The notes under the pieces were generated by a model. The model was not told where the DNA came from, did not search any database, and saw only the letters and a list, made by a program, of their open reading frames with translations. 64,000 bases of DNA. Origin: Sedimentisphaerales bacterium (GTDB taxonomy: Bacteria > Planctomycetota > Phycisphaerae > Sedimentisphaerales > Anaerobacaceae). The translations under genes and the position numbers were made by a program. Positions 47,002 to 55,566 of this stretch are shown here, piece by piece. The stretch covers positions 544,001 to 608,000 of the forward strand of contig JAXGYC010000008.1 of the NCBI GenBank assembly GCA_040772485.1. The letters run 5' to 3'. Each line of letters begins with the position of its first letter. Positions within the stretch are counted from its first letter, which is position 1.

Positions 47002-48750
47002 ATGGCGCGGAAGATTGTTCGGAGAGTCGCATTTGTCACGGGGGTCTTTCTGCTCATGGCCGGCGCTGCCCCTTTAGCCGCCCAGCGCATCGTCTACGTG
47101 GATGACGACGCGGCGGCGAATGGCGATGGCCGGTCCTGGGCTACGGCGTATCGGTTCCTCCAGGATGCCCTCGCCGATGCTGAAGCGGTGGGCGAACCCA
47201 TCGAAATCCGCGTCGCGCAGGGGATCTACAAGCCCGCTAGAGATCGTCGGAACCCTGATGGGGGGCGCGATCGGAATGTCTTCTTCCGTCTGGACAGTGG
47301 TATGAGCCTTCTGGGAGGCTACGCCGGGACCGGTGCGGACGACCCGAATCGGCGGGACAGCGAGACATACCAGACCGTGCTCAGTGGCGATCTGCTGGGC
47401 AACGATGCAGAAGTGACCGACGCGGCGATGATGAAAGACGACCCCACGCGTGCGGACAATTCAAGTGTGATGTGCGTCTACGGCGATGGATCGCGATTAG
47501 ACGGATGCGTCATAACGGGTGGGGGATGGAGCTTCGGAGCGTTGCAGATCCTGGGCACCGTGACGATCAGCAACTGCACTTTCTTCGCCAATTGCACCGA
47601 CGGCCGGCATCCCTACTGTCCGGGGGCAGTTCGTCTCGTGACATGGGGAGCGTCTGCGGTGATCGAGCGATGCCAATTCGTTAGGAATGCAGCGGAAGAA
47701 GGAGGGGCTTTAAGAGGTGGCAATGTTGTTCTGAACCACTGTGTGTTTACCGAGAACTATGCGTGGCGGAAGGGAGGTGCCGCCAGCTTGATAGGGGCTG
47801 GCGTGGTCGTTGCTTGTACGTTCGCAGACAACCGTGCCAGACAGGGAGGGGCGCTGTACCTGGATGGGATTTCAACGACCAATACGGTGGTCCGCTGTGT
47901 CTTCCGAGGAAATGCCGCTACACCCTATGTAGGAGGCGCAATCCTGTGTGAAGGCAGCGCGCGTATTGAGAGCAGTCTGTTTGTGGGGAACACCGGCGTC
48001 TCAGGCGGAGGGGTCTGCCACAGCCAGTTTGGCGATGTAACGCTGGTGAATTCGGTCTTGGCGGGGAACCAGACCGGCGAGCGTGGAGGAGCATGGAGCA
48101 TACGGGAGGGCAGTTCCCTGGAGATCGTCAATTGCACCATTTTGGGGAATCGCGCGGCGGAGGCCCCGTTCCTTGCCGTAGACATCAACAGCGATCCATG
48201 TTCCAGCCATGTCAGCGTGGTGAATTGCATTGTGTCCAATGGCGATCCTGAGATTTGGAGTAACGATTCACCCGTAGAGATTGCATATAGCTGCATTGAG
48301 CAGGGGATCATTGCCTTGGGTGAGCAAGAGGACTGGCTCGTCTTGGGGCCGGGGAACATCGACGGCGATCCGTGTTTTGTCGATCTGGGGCATTGGGACA
48401 CCAATGGTACGCCCGAGGACTCGAACGACGATTTCTTCGTCGAAGGAGATTATCATCTCAGGAGCCAGGCTGGACGCTGGGACCCGACCAGCGAGAGCTC
48501 GGTCCAGGATGATGTCACCAGCCCCTGCGTCGACGCAGGTGACCCGAACAGCCCCATCGGCCATGAGCCTTTCCCCAATGGCGGAATCATCAACATGGGG
48601 GCCTACGGCGGTACTGCCGAGGCGAGCAAATCCTATTTCGGCGAACCTCCCTGCGAGACGATTATCGCCGGCGACATCAACGGTGATTGCCGCGTAGATA
48701 TCGCCGACGTCGTCATCCTGCTGGACCATTGGCTCCAGAGCGGTTTGTAG
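47002..48750 (+). CDS. Secreted right-handed beta-helix repeat protein with a C-terminal dockerin/EF-hand-like motif
   Basis: YVDDDA..G.SW.TA..LQDAL; repeated F..N.A..GGA; GNIDGDP.F, DYHL, SPCVDAG, NMGAYG; GDINGDCRVDIAD. Confidence 0.85.
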   Translation: MARKIVRRVAFVTGVFLLMAGAAPLAAQRIVYVDDDAAANGDGRSWATAYRFLQDALADAEAVGEPIEIRVAQGIYKPARDRRNPDGGRDRNVFFRLDSGMSLLGGYAGTGADDPNRRDSETYQTVLSGDLLGNDAEVTDAAMMKDDPTRADNSSVMCVYGDGSRLDGCVITGGGWSFGALQILGTVTISNCTFFANCTDGRHPYCPGAVRLVTWGASAVIERCQFVRNAAEEGGALRGGNVVLNHCVFTENYAWRKGGAASLIGAGVVVACTFADNRARQGGALYLDGISTTNTVVRCVFRGNAATPYVGGAILCEGSARIESSLFVGNTGVSGGGVCHSQFGDVTLVNSVLAGNQTGERGGAWSIREGSSLEIVNCTILGNRAAEAPFLAVDINSDPCSSHVSVVNCIVSNGDPEIWSNDSPVEIAYSCIEQGIIALGEQEDWLVLGPGNIDGDPCFVDLGHWDTNGTPEDSNDDFFVEGDYHLRSQAGRWDPTSESSVQDDVTSPCVDAGDPNSPIGHEPFPNGGIINMGAYGGTAEASKSYFGEPPCETIIAGDINGDCRVDIADVVILLDHWLQSGL

Positions 48751-48754
48751 AAGC

Positions 48755-48824
48755 GTTTGTAGTGATCCCGATGCGCATCGGGATACGGCGTTACCATGTA
48801 TGCTCTTACGAGCACACTACGAGC
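48755..48824. repeat. REP family B doublet (right flank), direct repeat of 46831-46896
   Basis: GTTTGTAGTGATCC..GGAT..GGCGTTACCA(C/T)GTATGCTCTTACGAGCACACTAC is shared with the left flank. Confidence 0.9.
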
Positions 48825-48827
48825 GGG

Positions 48828-49967
48828 TTAGCGGAGTTTGAGGGTGGCCAGGGCCAGGGCGGCGAAGGCGGCGGCCATCAGCCAGAAGCGGACGACCACC
48901 TGCGGCTCGCTCCAGCCGGCGAGGTGGAAATGGTGGTGCAGCGGCGCGCAGCGGAACAGGCGTTTGCCGTGGGTGTACTTGAAATAGCCCACCTGGAGCA
49001 CCACGCTCATCAGCTCGATGACGAACACGCCCCCGATGACCAGCAGCAGCAGCTCGTTCCGCGTCACCAGGGCGCCGTAGCCCATCGCGGCGCCCAGGGG
49101 CAGCGAGCCGACGTCGCCCATGAAGGTCTGGGCCGGATAGCAGTTGAACCACAGGAAGCCCAGCACCGCGCCCAGCACCGCCGCGAAGAAGATGCTCAGC
49201 TCGCCCGCCTGCGGAATATGCGGCAGCAGCAGGTAGCTGGCCCACGTCATAGGCGTCATGCGTGACATCGTCTCGGACGCGACGTAGCAGAGGAAGGCCA
49301 GCACGAGACTCATGATCGCGACGCAGCCGGAGGCCAGCCCGTCCATGCCGTCCGCGAGGTTCACCGCGTTGCTGGTGGCTGAGATGTAAAAGATGGCGAT
49401 GAAGATGAACGTCCAGTTGGCCAGCACGAGGCCCTTCTTGTAGAAGGGCACCCACAGGAGCTTGGCGTCGGGGATGTTCGCGAAATCGAAGTACAGAAAC
49501 GACGCGATCAGCACCGCCCCGGCGATCTGGAAGATCAGCTTCTCCCAGGCGTGGAGGCCGTCGCGGCCGCGCTGGCGGGCGGCGGCAGTGAGCTTGAGCC
49601 AGTCGTCGATGCCCCCGAGCGCCCCGAACCACAACAGCACGAACAGGGCCTTCTGGACGAACGGGTTGTTCAGCTTGGCCCATAGCAGCGTGGTCACGGC
49701 CGCCGAGAAGAGGATGATCAGCCCGCCCATCGTGGGCGTATTGGCCTTCTCCTTCGTCAACTCGTTGAGTGCGGCGTGGTGGAACTCGGGCCGGTCGCCG
49801 ATCTTCTTCCGCATCAGCCAGCGGATGATCCGCGGGCCGATCACCAGCGCGATCGCCAGGCTGGTCAAGGTCGCCATGACGGCGCGAAACATGACGTACT
49901 GGTACGCATAGAAATGCAGCGTCTCGGTCAGGAAGTCGCTGAAATGACGAAGCAGGTGGTAAATCAT
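48828..49967 (-). CDS. mraY: Phospho-N-acetylmuramoyl-pentapeptide transferase
   Basis: TPTMGG, DDW.K, SNAVNLADGMDGLA, FMGDVGS, APLHHHF. Confidence 0.97.
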   Translation of the reverse strand: MIYHLLRHFSDFLTETLHFYAYQYVMFRAVMATLTSLAIALVIGPRIIRWLMRKKIGDRPEFHHAALNELTKEKANTPTMGGLIILFSAAVTTLLWAKLNNPFVQKALFVLLWFGALGGIDDWLKLTAAARQRGRDGLHAWEKLIFQIAGAVLIASFLYFDFANIPDAKLLWVPFYKKGLVLANWTFIFIAIFYISATSNAVNLADGMDGLASGCVAIMSLVLAFLCYVASETMSRMTPMTWASYLLLPHIPQAGELSIFFAAVLGAVLGFLWFNCYPAQTFMGDVGSLPLGAAMGYGALVTRNELLLLVIGGVFVIELMSVVLQVGYFKYTHGKRLFRCAPLHHHFHLAGWSEPQVVVRFWLMAAAFAALALATLKLR

Positions 49968-49972
49968 GCAGA

Positions 49973-50000
49973 GTCCAAAGATCAAAAATCAAAAGGCAAA
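49973..50000. repeat. Degenerate 7-bp tandem repeat
   Basis: GTCCAAA GATCAAA AATCAAA AGGCAAA. Confidence 0.55.
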
Positions 50001-50055
50001 ACGGCGAGACTCAAAACCGCAAGGCCCTGAGTTGGCTGTCCTGCCGGTTGATATT

Positions 50056-51435
50056 TCACCTTTGATATCCCTTTATCAGTCGCTGAACGACAGTCTCCAG
50101 CCGGGCCGCACGTGAGCCCTTGACCAGAATTATGTCGTATTCCGTTATGATCCTCTCCAGATTATCACAAAGAGAAGCGGTGTCGTCAAAACAAACTGTC
50201 CGCAGATCGTGTGTCGCGGCCTCGCGGGCGGCTTCGGCAGTGGTTCTCGTTGCCTCCCCGACGGCAAGGAGCAGGTCCACACCCACGCGGGCCACCTCGC
50301 GCCCGAGTTCGGCGTGCAGCGCTTCACTCTGCGCCCCGAGTTCGGCCATGTGTCCGCAGACGAAGACCGTGCGACGCTTCGCACCCGCCTCGGCACGCAG
50401 ACCGGCGAGGATCGCCAAGGCGTTCTTCATCGAGGCCGGGCTGGCGTTGTAGCAGTCGTTCAGCACGGTCAGCGTGCCGAGCTGCAGTGGTTCGGCTCGC
50501 ATCGCCACGCCGGATAGCGTTCGCACCGCCTGCGCGAAGTCCTCCACAGTCAGACCGAACTGCCTGCACACGGCCCAGGCGGCCAGAGCGTTCTCGACAT
50601 TGCCCGGCCCGGGCAGCGGCAGCTCGACGGGCGTGCCGTCGATGACAAACCGGCTGGTCAGACCGTGATGGGCGATTCGCTCAGCGCGGTAATCTGCGCC
50701 GGGCGACCTTCCGAACGTGCGGAAGGGCCTGCCGAGGCTGCGGCAGGCGGCCGTCAGGATCTCCATGTCGCCGTTGACGATGAAGACGCCGTCGTCGGCC
50801 AGGCCCTGCACGATCGCGGTCTTCTCTCGGACAATCGTGTCGAGACTGCCAAAGCCCGCCAGGTGGGCCGGGTGGACGTTCGTCACCGCCGCCACGTTCG
50901 GCTGCGCGATTCGCGTCAGGTATGCGATCTCGCCCAGTTGGTTGGCGCCCAGCTCCGCAACGATCACCTCATCGTCGGGCTGGGCGTCCAGCAGCGTCAG
51001 AGGCAAGCCGATGGTGTTGTTGAAATTCTTCTGTGCCTGGTGCGTCCGAAAATGTCGGCCCAGAACATGGTGAACGATCTGTCGGGTGGTGGTCTTGCCG
51101 ACAGAACCGGTGATGGCGACCACCTTGAAAGCGTGCATCCTGCGGTACTCGCGCGCCAGATCGCCCAAGGCGATGATCGTGTCTCTGACCTTGAGCAAAG
51201 GGCCGGGGGCCTCGACGTCGCGGCTGACCACGGCGCAGGCCGCGCCCCTCGCGAGCGCAGCAGCGACGTGGTCGTGTCCGTCGAACCGCTCGCCCGGCAG
51301 GGCGAAGAAACAGTCACCCGCCTTCGTCGTCCGCGAGTCCGTGCTGATTCCCGTGATGGATAGCCGGCCCCAATCGCCTGGCGCGATCGGCGCGTTCAGG
51401 ATTCGGCCCACGGTCTCGATGGAAAACTGTTTCAT
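50056..51435 (-). CDS. murF: UDP-MurNAc-tripeptide--D-Ala-D-Ala ligase
   Basis: STDSR, FDGH, ITGSVGKTTT, NFNN.IGLPLTL, NDCYNASP.SM, LVKGSR; ATG 51435 overlaps the murE stop. Confidence 0.96.
   Translation of the reverse strand: MKQFSIETVGRILNAPIAPGDWGRLSITGISTDSRTTKAGDCFFALPGERFDGHDHVAAALARGAACAVVSRDVEAPGPLLKVRDTIIALGDLAREYRRMHAFKVVAITGSVGKTTTRQIVHHVLGRHFRTHQAQKNFNNTIGLPLTLLDAQPDDEVIVAELGANQLGEIAYLTRIAQPNVAAVTNVHPAHLAGFGSLDTIVREKTAIVQGLADDGVFIVNGDMEILTAACRSLGRPFRTFGRSPGADYRAERIAHHGLTSRFVIDGTPVELPLPGPGNVENALAAWAVCRQFGLTVEDFAQAVRTLSGVAMRAEPLQLGTLTVLNDCYNASPASMKNALAILAGLRAEAGAKRRTVFVCGHMAELGAQSEALHAELGREVARVGVDLLLAVGEATRTTAEAAREAATHDLRTVCFDDTASLCDNLERIITEYDIILVKGSRAARLETVVQRLIKGYQR
50161..50189 (-). 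promoter_or_regulatory. Candidate internal promoter for mraY within the murF 3' end
   Basis: TTGACG-17-GATAAT with an extended TG, in a locally AT-rich stretch. Confidence 0.5.
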
Positions 51436-52892
51436 CCCCGTCCCCTGAGGCACTCTCGGGCGACCTCCTGATCGCTGAAGTGGATCTTCTCGGCGCCGAT
51501 GATCTGATACGTTTCGTGTCCCTTGCCGGCGATCAGGACGATGTCGCGGGGCCTGGCCTGGGCGATGGCCAGCTCGATGGCCTTTTTGCGGTCGGGCTCG
51601 ACGGTTACCGTCGCTTGTCGCTCGTCGCTCGTCGCTCGCCGAACCTCGGCGGGGTCGAAGCCGGCGACGACGTCGGCGATGATCGCATTCGGGTCTTCGG
51701 TGCGCGGGTTGTCGCTGGTGACGATCGCGATGTCGGCCAGATGTTGGGCGACCTTCGCCATACGAGGGCGTTTGGTCTTGTCGCGGTCGCCGCCGCAGCC
51801 GAAGACCACGACGAGCCGGCCCTTGCAGAGGGGCTTGAGCGTCGTCAGAACGTTGTGCAGGGCGTCGTCGGTGTGCGCGAAATCGACGAGGACAGAGAAC
51901 TCGTCGCCGCCGACCTTCTCCAGGCGACCGGGGATGGTCTTCAACGAGGACAATCCCGCCGCAACGGTGTCCAGATCGAACCCGGCGGCCAGGCAAAGCC
52001 CCGCGGCAGCCAGATGATTTGCGACATTATAGGCCCCGAGCAAGGGAGTGACCACACGAGCCTTCCGCCCGTGGTGTTCGAGTGTGAACCTCGCACCTTC
52101 GACCGTCATCGACTCGACGTGCGCGGTGATATCGGCCGGCTCATCGACGGCAAACCACCAGATGCGGGCCCGGGTCTGCGTGGCGATGGCGCGGGCTTCC
52201 TGCGTCTGCTTGTTCAGCACGGCGGTCGCGCCCGGAGCAAGCTCGGAGAACAGGCGCATCTTGGCGGCCAGGTAGTTGTCTTTGGTCTTGTGGTAGTCGA
52301 GGTGGTCGCCTGTGAGGTTGGTGAACGCGGCGGCCTGGAACTCGATGCCCGCCAGGCGGTCCTGATCCAGGGCGTGGCTGCTGGCCTCGATCACCATGTA
52401 CTCGGCGCCCGCTTCGACCATGTCCTGCTGCATCCGGGCGATGGTCAGCGTATCCGGCGTCGTCAGCGAGGCGGGCGTGACGCCCGAGCCGGTGTCGTAC
52501 ACAACAGTGCCCATGAGGCCGCACCGCTTGCCGGCATGTCGGACGCACGCGTGTACGAGAAAGGCGACGGTCGTCTTGCCGTTGGTCCCGGTCACTGCCA
52601 GATTCGTCAGCTTCGAGGCCGGCCGGCCATGGCTTGCCTGGGCCAGCAGTCCGGCCGCCCGGGCCGAGTTCTCCACCACCACGGTCGTGGCCGCCGACGA
52701 AGAGTGGTTGGGCTTCTGGCAGACGATGTACCCGGCGCCGTTGGCGACGGCCTGGTCGATGAACTTGTGACCATCCGCGGCGCTGCCGGCGATGGCGACG
52801 AACACGTCGCCTGGCCGCACCAGGCGCGAGTCGGTGCGAACGCCGGGAGGGACATCGCCGGAGACCACTGCCAGCAATTCGTCAAATGTCAT
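51432..52892 (-). CDS. murE: UDP-MurNAc-dipeptide--meso-DAP ligase
   Basis: VTGTNGKTT, TTPD, EASSH, TNL..DHLDYH, VDFAHT, FGCGGDRD, DNPR (meso-DAP-type), AGKGHE. Confidence 0.97.
   Translation of the reverse strand: MTFDELLAVVSGDVPPGVRTDSRLVRPGDVFVAIAGSAADGHKFIDQAVANGAGYIVCQKPNHSSSAATTVVVENSARAAGLLAQASHGRPASKLTNLAVTGTNGKTTVAFLVHACVRHAGKRCGLMGTVVYDTGSGVTPASLTTPDTLTIARMQQDMVEAGAEYMVIEASSHALDQDRLAGIEFQAAAFTNLTGDHLDYHKTKDNYLAAKMRLFSELAPGATAVLNKQTQEARAIATQTRARIWWFAVDEPADITAHVESMTVEGARFTLEHHGRKARVVTPLLGAYNVANHLAAAGLCLAAGFDLDTVAAGLSSLKTIPGRLEKVGGDEFSVLVDFAHTDDALHNVLTTLKPLCKGRLVVVFGCGGDRDKTKRPRMAKVAQHLADIAIVTSDNPRTEDPNAIIADVVAGFDPAEVRRATSDERQATVTVEPDRKKAIELAIAQARPRDIVLIAGKGHETYQIIGAEKIHFSDQEVARECLRGRG
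51610..51637. repeat. Intragenic heptamer tandem repeat in murE
   Basis: GTCGCTT followed by (GTCGCTC)x3, encoding part of RRATSDERQAT. Confidence 0.75.
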
Positions 52893-52949
52893 GCTCGTAT
52901 GTTCCCTGCCTGCAACGGCGCAGACGAACCTAACTGCTGTGAGAGAGCC

Positions 52950-52978
52950 ATTTTACGTTGAACGCATCGAAGGTGCAA
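52950..52978 (-). promoter_or_regulatory. Sigma-70 promoter of murE
   Basis: TTGCAC-17-TAAAAT. Confidence 0.65.
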
Positions 52979-53183
52979 CGGCACGCCGCCGGTGGTCGAA
53001 AAGCGCAAACCTTCACCCGCTATACCTATCGGCATGCGACGCGATTTGGGATGAAAAACAACGCGCCTGCTCGTACAATCGGCAGGGCGCGGCGAACATG
53101 CTGCGGCGCGACCGGTATGGAACAGGGAATCGAATGACAAGCTCAAGCTTTGTCGGCAATGTCTCGGGAGGAATACGACAGCC

Positions 53184-54659
53184 ATGAAGAAGACGCTAAC
53201 GATCGTTCTGCTGCTTGCGGCATGCTGCTCGCCTGCGTGGGCGGCGGAAGAGACGGAGTACTTCGCGGTCTTCATGCAGGGCAAGAAGGTGGGCCACGCG
53301 GCGTACACGCGATCCGTTGAGGGCGAGCGGGTCACGACGAGCGAGGACGTGAGCATCACGATCAGCCGCCTTGGCATTCCGCTGACGGTCCGCATGACCG
53401 ACATCACCGTGGAAACCACGACGGGCAGGCCGCTGAGCTTCGAATCGATCCAGGTGCTCGGCACCATGACGGTGATCAAGGTCACCGGCACGGTCGGCAG
53501 CGACGGCGTGGTCAAGCTGGTCAGCACCTCGATGGGGGCCGAGCAGAAGACCACGATGGACTGGCCCGACGGCGCGGTCATGTCCGAGGGCCTGCGTCTG
53601 GTGACGCTCGAGAAGGGCCTTACGCCCGGTTCCGAGTACCGCGTGAAGATCTTCAACCCCTCCGTCACACAGGCCCTCGACGCGGTTGTTTCCATCGGTT
53701 CCAAGCGGGAGGTGGATCTGCTCGGCCGGGTCGTGAAGCTCACCGAGGTCACCAGCACGCTGGCCATGCCCGGCTCCGGCCCGATCACCAGCACCAGTTA
53801 CGTCGACGACGACATGCAGGCGCTGAAGAACACCATGTCCATCGCGGGCATGAACGTGGACATGATCGCCTGCCCCAAGGAATTCGCGCTGGGCGAGAAC
53901 GACGTGCTGGAACTGATCAACACGATGTTCGTCGCGAGCCCGACGCCGCTGGGCAACCCGCGCAGCGCGTCGGCGATCACCTATTGGCTGGCTCCCAGCG
54001 GCAGCGAGGAGTTCACGATCCCCACGACGGACAACCAGACGGCTGAACGGCTCGACGGCGGCCAGGTCAAGCTCGTAATCCGGCCGGTGGCGGCGCCGGA
54101 AGGCGGGGCGTTCCCCTATGAAGGCAGCGACCCGGCGTTGCTGGAGGCGGTCAAGCCGACGCGATACCTCCAGAGCGACCGCAAGGAGGTCGTCGAGCTT
54201 GCACGCAAGGCCATCGGCGACACGAAGGACCCGGCGGAGGCGGTCCGGCGGATCGAAGCGTTCGTCGCCGACTACATCGAGGACAAGAGTCTGTCGGTGG
54301 GCTATGCATCGGCGGCCGAAGTGGCGGCCAGCCGCCAGGGAGACTGCTCGGAATTCGCCGTGCTGACTGCCGCGCTGTGCCGGGCGGTGGGCATCCCCGC
54401 CCAGGTCGTCGTCGGAATCGCCTACGTGGAGGACTTCGCCGGCCACGAGGGTTTCGGGGGCCACGCCTGGACGCAGGCCTGGGTTGCAGGCAAATGGGTC
54501 GGCCTCGATGCGGCATTCAAGAGCAGCGGTCGCGGCGGACACGACCCCGGACACATCGCCCTGGCCGTCGGAAACGGAGACCCCACCGACTTCTTCAACA
54601 TGGCCGGCGCCCTGGGCCGATTCCGAATCGAACGCCTCGAGGTGCAAGAGGGGAATTAG
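53184..54659 (+). CDS. Secreted transglutaminase-like domain protein
   Basis: Signal peptide; GDCSEFA..AL.RA.GIPA, HAW, W..LD (Cys-His-Asp triad). Confidence 0.88.
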   Translation: MKKTLTIVLLLAACCSPAWAAEETEYFAVFMQGKKVGHAAYTRSVEGERVTTSEDVSITISRLGIPLTVRMTDITVETTTGRPLSFESIQVLGTMTVIKVTGTVGSDGVVKLVSTSMGAEQKTTMDWPDGAVMSEGLRLVTLEKGLTPGSEYRVKIFNPSVTQALDAVVSIGSKREVDLLGRVVKLTEVTSTLAMPGSGPITSTSYVDDDMQALKNTMSIAGMNVDMIACPKEFALGENDVLELINTMFVASPTPLGNPRSASAITYWLAPSGSEEFTIPTTDNQTAERLDGGQVKLVIRPVAAPEGGAFPYEGSDPALLEAVKPTRYLQSDRKEVVELARKAIGDTKDPAEAVRRIEAFVADYIEDKSLSVGYASAAEVAASRQGDCSEFAVLTAALCRAVGIPAQVVVGIAYVEDFAGHEGFGGHAWTQAWVAGKWVGLDAAFKSSGRGGHDPGHIALAVGNGDPTDFFNMAGALGRFRIERLEVQEGN

Positions 54660-54702
54660 TGGTCGTACGCAGGGTCACCCGTGGCACCTGACCAGCATTG
54701 CC

Positions 54703-55041
54703 CTATTCAGCCAACAGGTTCTCGACGGCCTGCTGTAGCGCCGGAAGGTGCGTGCGTATAGCATCCCAGACGAGTTCAGGATCGACGATGTCATAGCCAT
54801 GACTGATGACGTTTCTGAAGCCGATGATCCGCTGATATGCAGGGACCGCTTCGAGCAATGAGGGATCCAAACGCTTGAGTCGGCTGAGAGCTTCACCGAT
54901 GATCTCGAATTTGCGCTCTACGGCTGCCTGCACCATCCCATCGGCGCTGTATCTCTCGTAGGTCATGCCTCGCGTGAAGTCCTGGATCTTCCGGGAGGCC
55001 TCCGCGACATCGAACAGACATTTCCTCGCTTCAAGCTGCAT
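54703..55041 (-). CDS. HepT-like HEPN ribonuclease toxin (DUF86)
   Basis: AVERKFEIIGEA, FRNVISHGY (R-x4-H-x-Y), VW. Confidence 0.92.
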   Translation of the reverse strand: MQLEARKCLFDVAEASRKIQDFTRGMTYERYSADGMVQAAVERKFEIIGEALSRLKRLDPSLLEAVPAYQRIIGFRNVISHGYDIVDPELVWDAIRTHLPALQQAVENLLAE

Positions 55042-55330
55042 AGAGGTTTCTTCTGCTGCGCTCGATACTCATCCTGAAGTAGGGGTTCTTGACAGTCTCC
55101 TCGATAACCACATCCACATGCCGTCCGAGAATCTGCTCGAGTCCGTCTTTCAGATCGAAGTAGCGCTCGAAGAGCCTTCCCGCGTCGCGGTCGAAACGTA
55201 CAAGCACATCCACATCGCTCTCCGCACGGAACGTATCTCCCGTCGCGGAGCCGAAGACATCCAACCGGCTCACTTTCAAACGCTCGCACACCTCCGCGAT
55301 GGCAGGCCTGAACCGCTCCATGTCAAACAT
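55031..55330 (-). CDS. MntA-like nucleotidyltransferase antitoxin
   Basis: VFGSA.G..F..ESDVDVLV, L..ILGR.VD, NPYF; overlaps the toxin start. Confidence 0.92.
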   Translation of the reverse strand: MFDMERFRPAIAEVCERLKVSRLDVFGSATGDTFRAESDVDVLVRFDRDAGRLFERYFDLKDGLEQILGRHVDVVIEETVKNPYFRMSIERSRRNLYAA

Positions 55331-55566
55331 CGCACGACTCCTTCGCCGTTTACCGGCGTCGAGTGCTTCCGCCGGACCCGCCGCTCACGCGCCGTCCGCC
55401 ATATGATAGTCCGACGCCACGCGATTATCGCACAACTCCAGTGGAAACGCAACAGCCACAGCCACACATCGAGCGCTGCGACTGGCCCGGTGCGTGATCC
55501 CCATCTGCGCGCAGGCAATGCAGAGTCGTCTGACGGCACCCTGCCACTCTGGTTCCGAGGTGAGGA

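Noticed and set aside
55490..55550. Additional family A REP downstream of recJ
   Set aside because: GTGGCAG and a weak stem are present on the minus strand, but the stem and the ATGG flank do not match either variant
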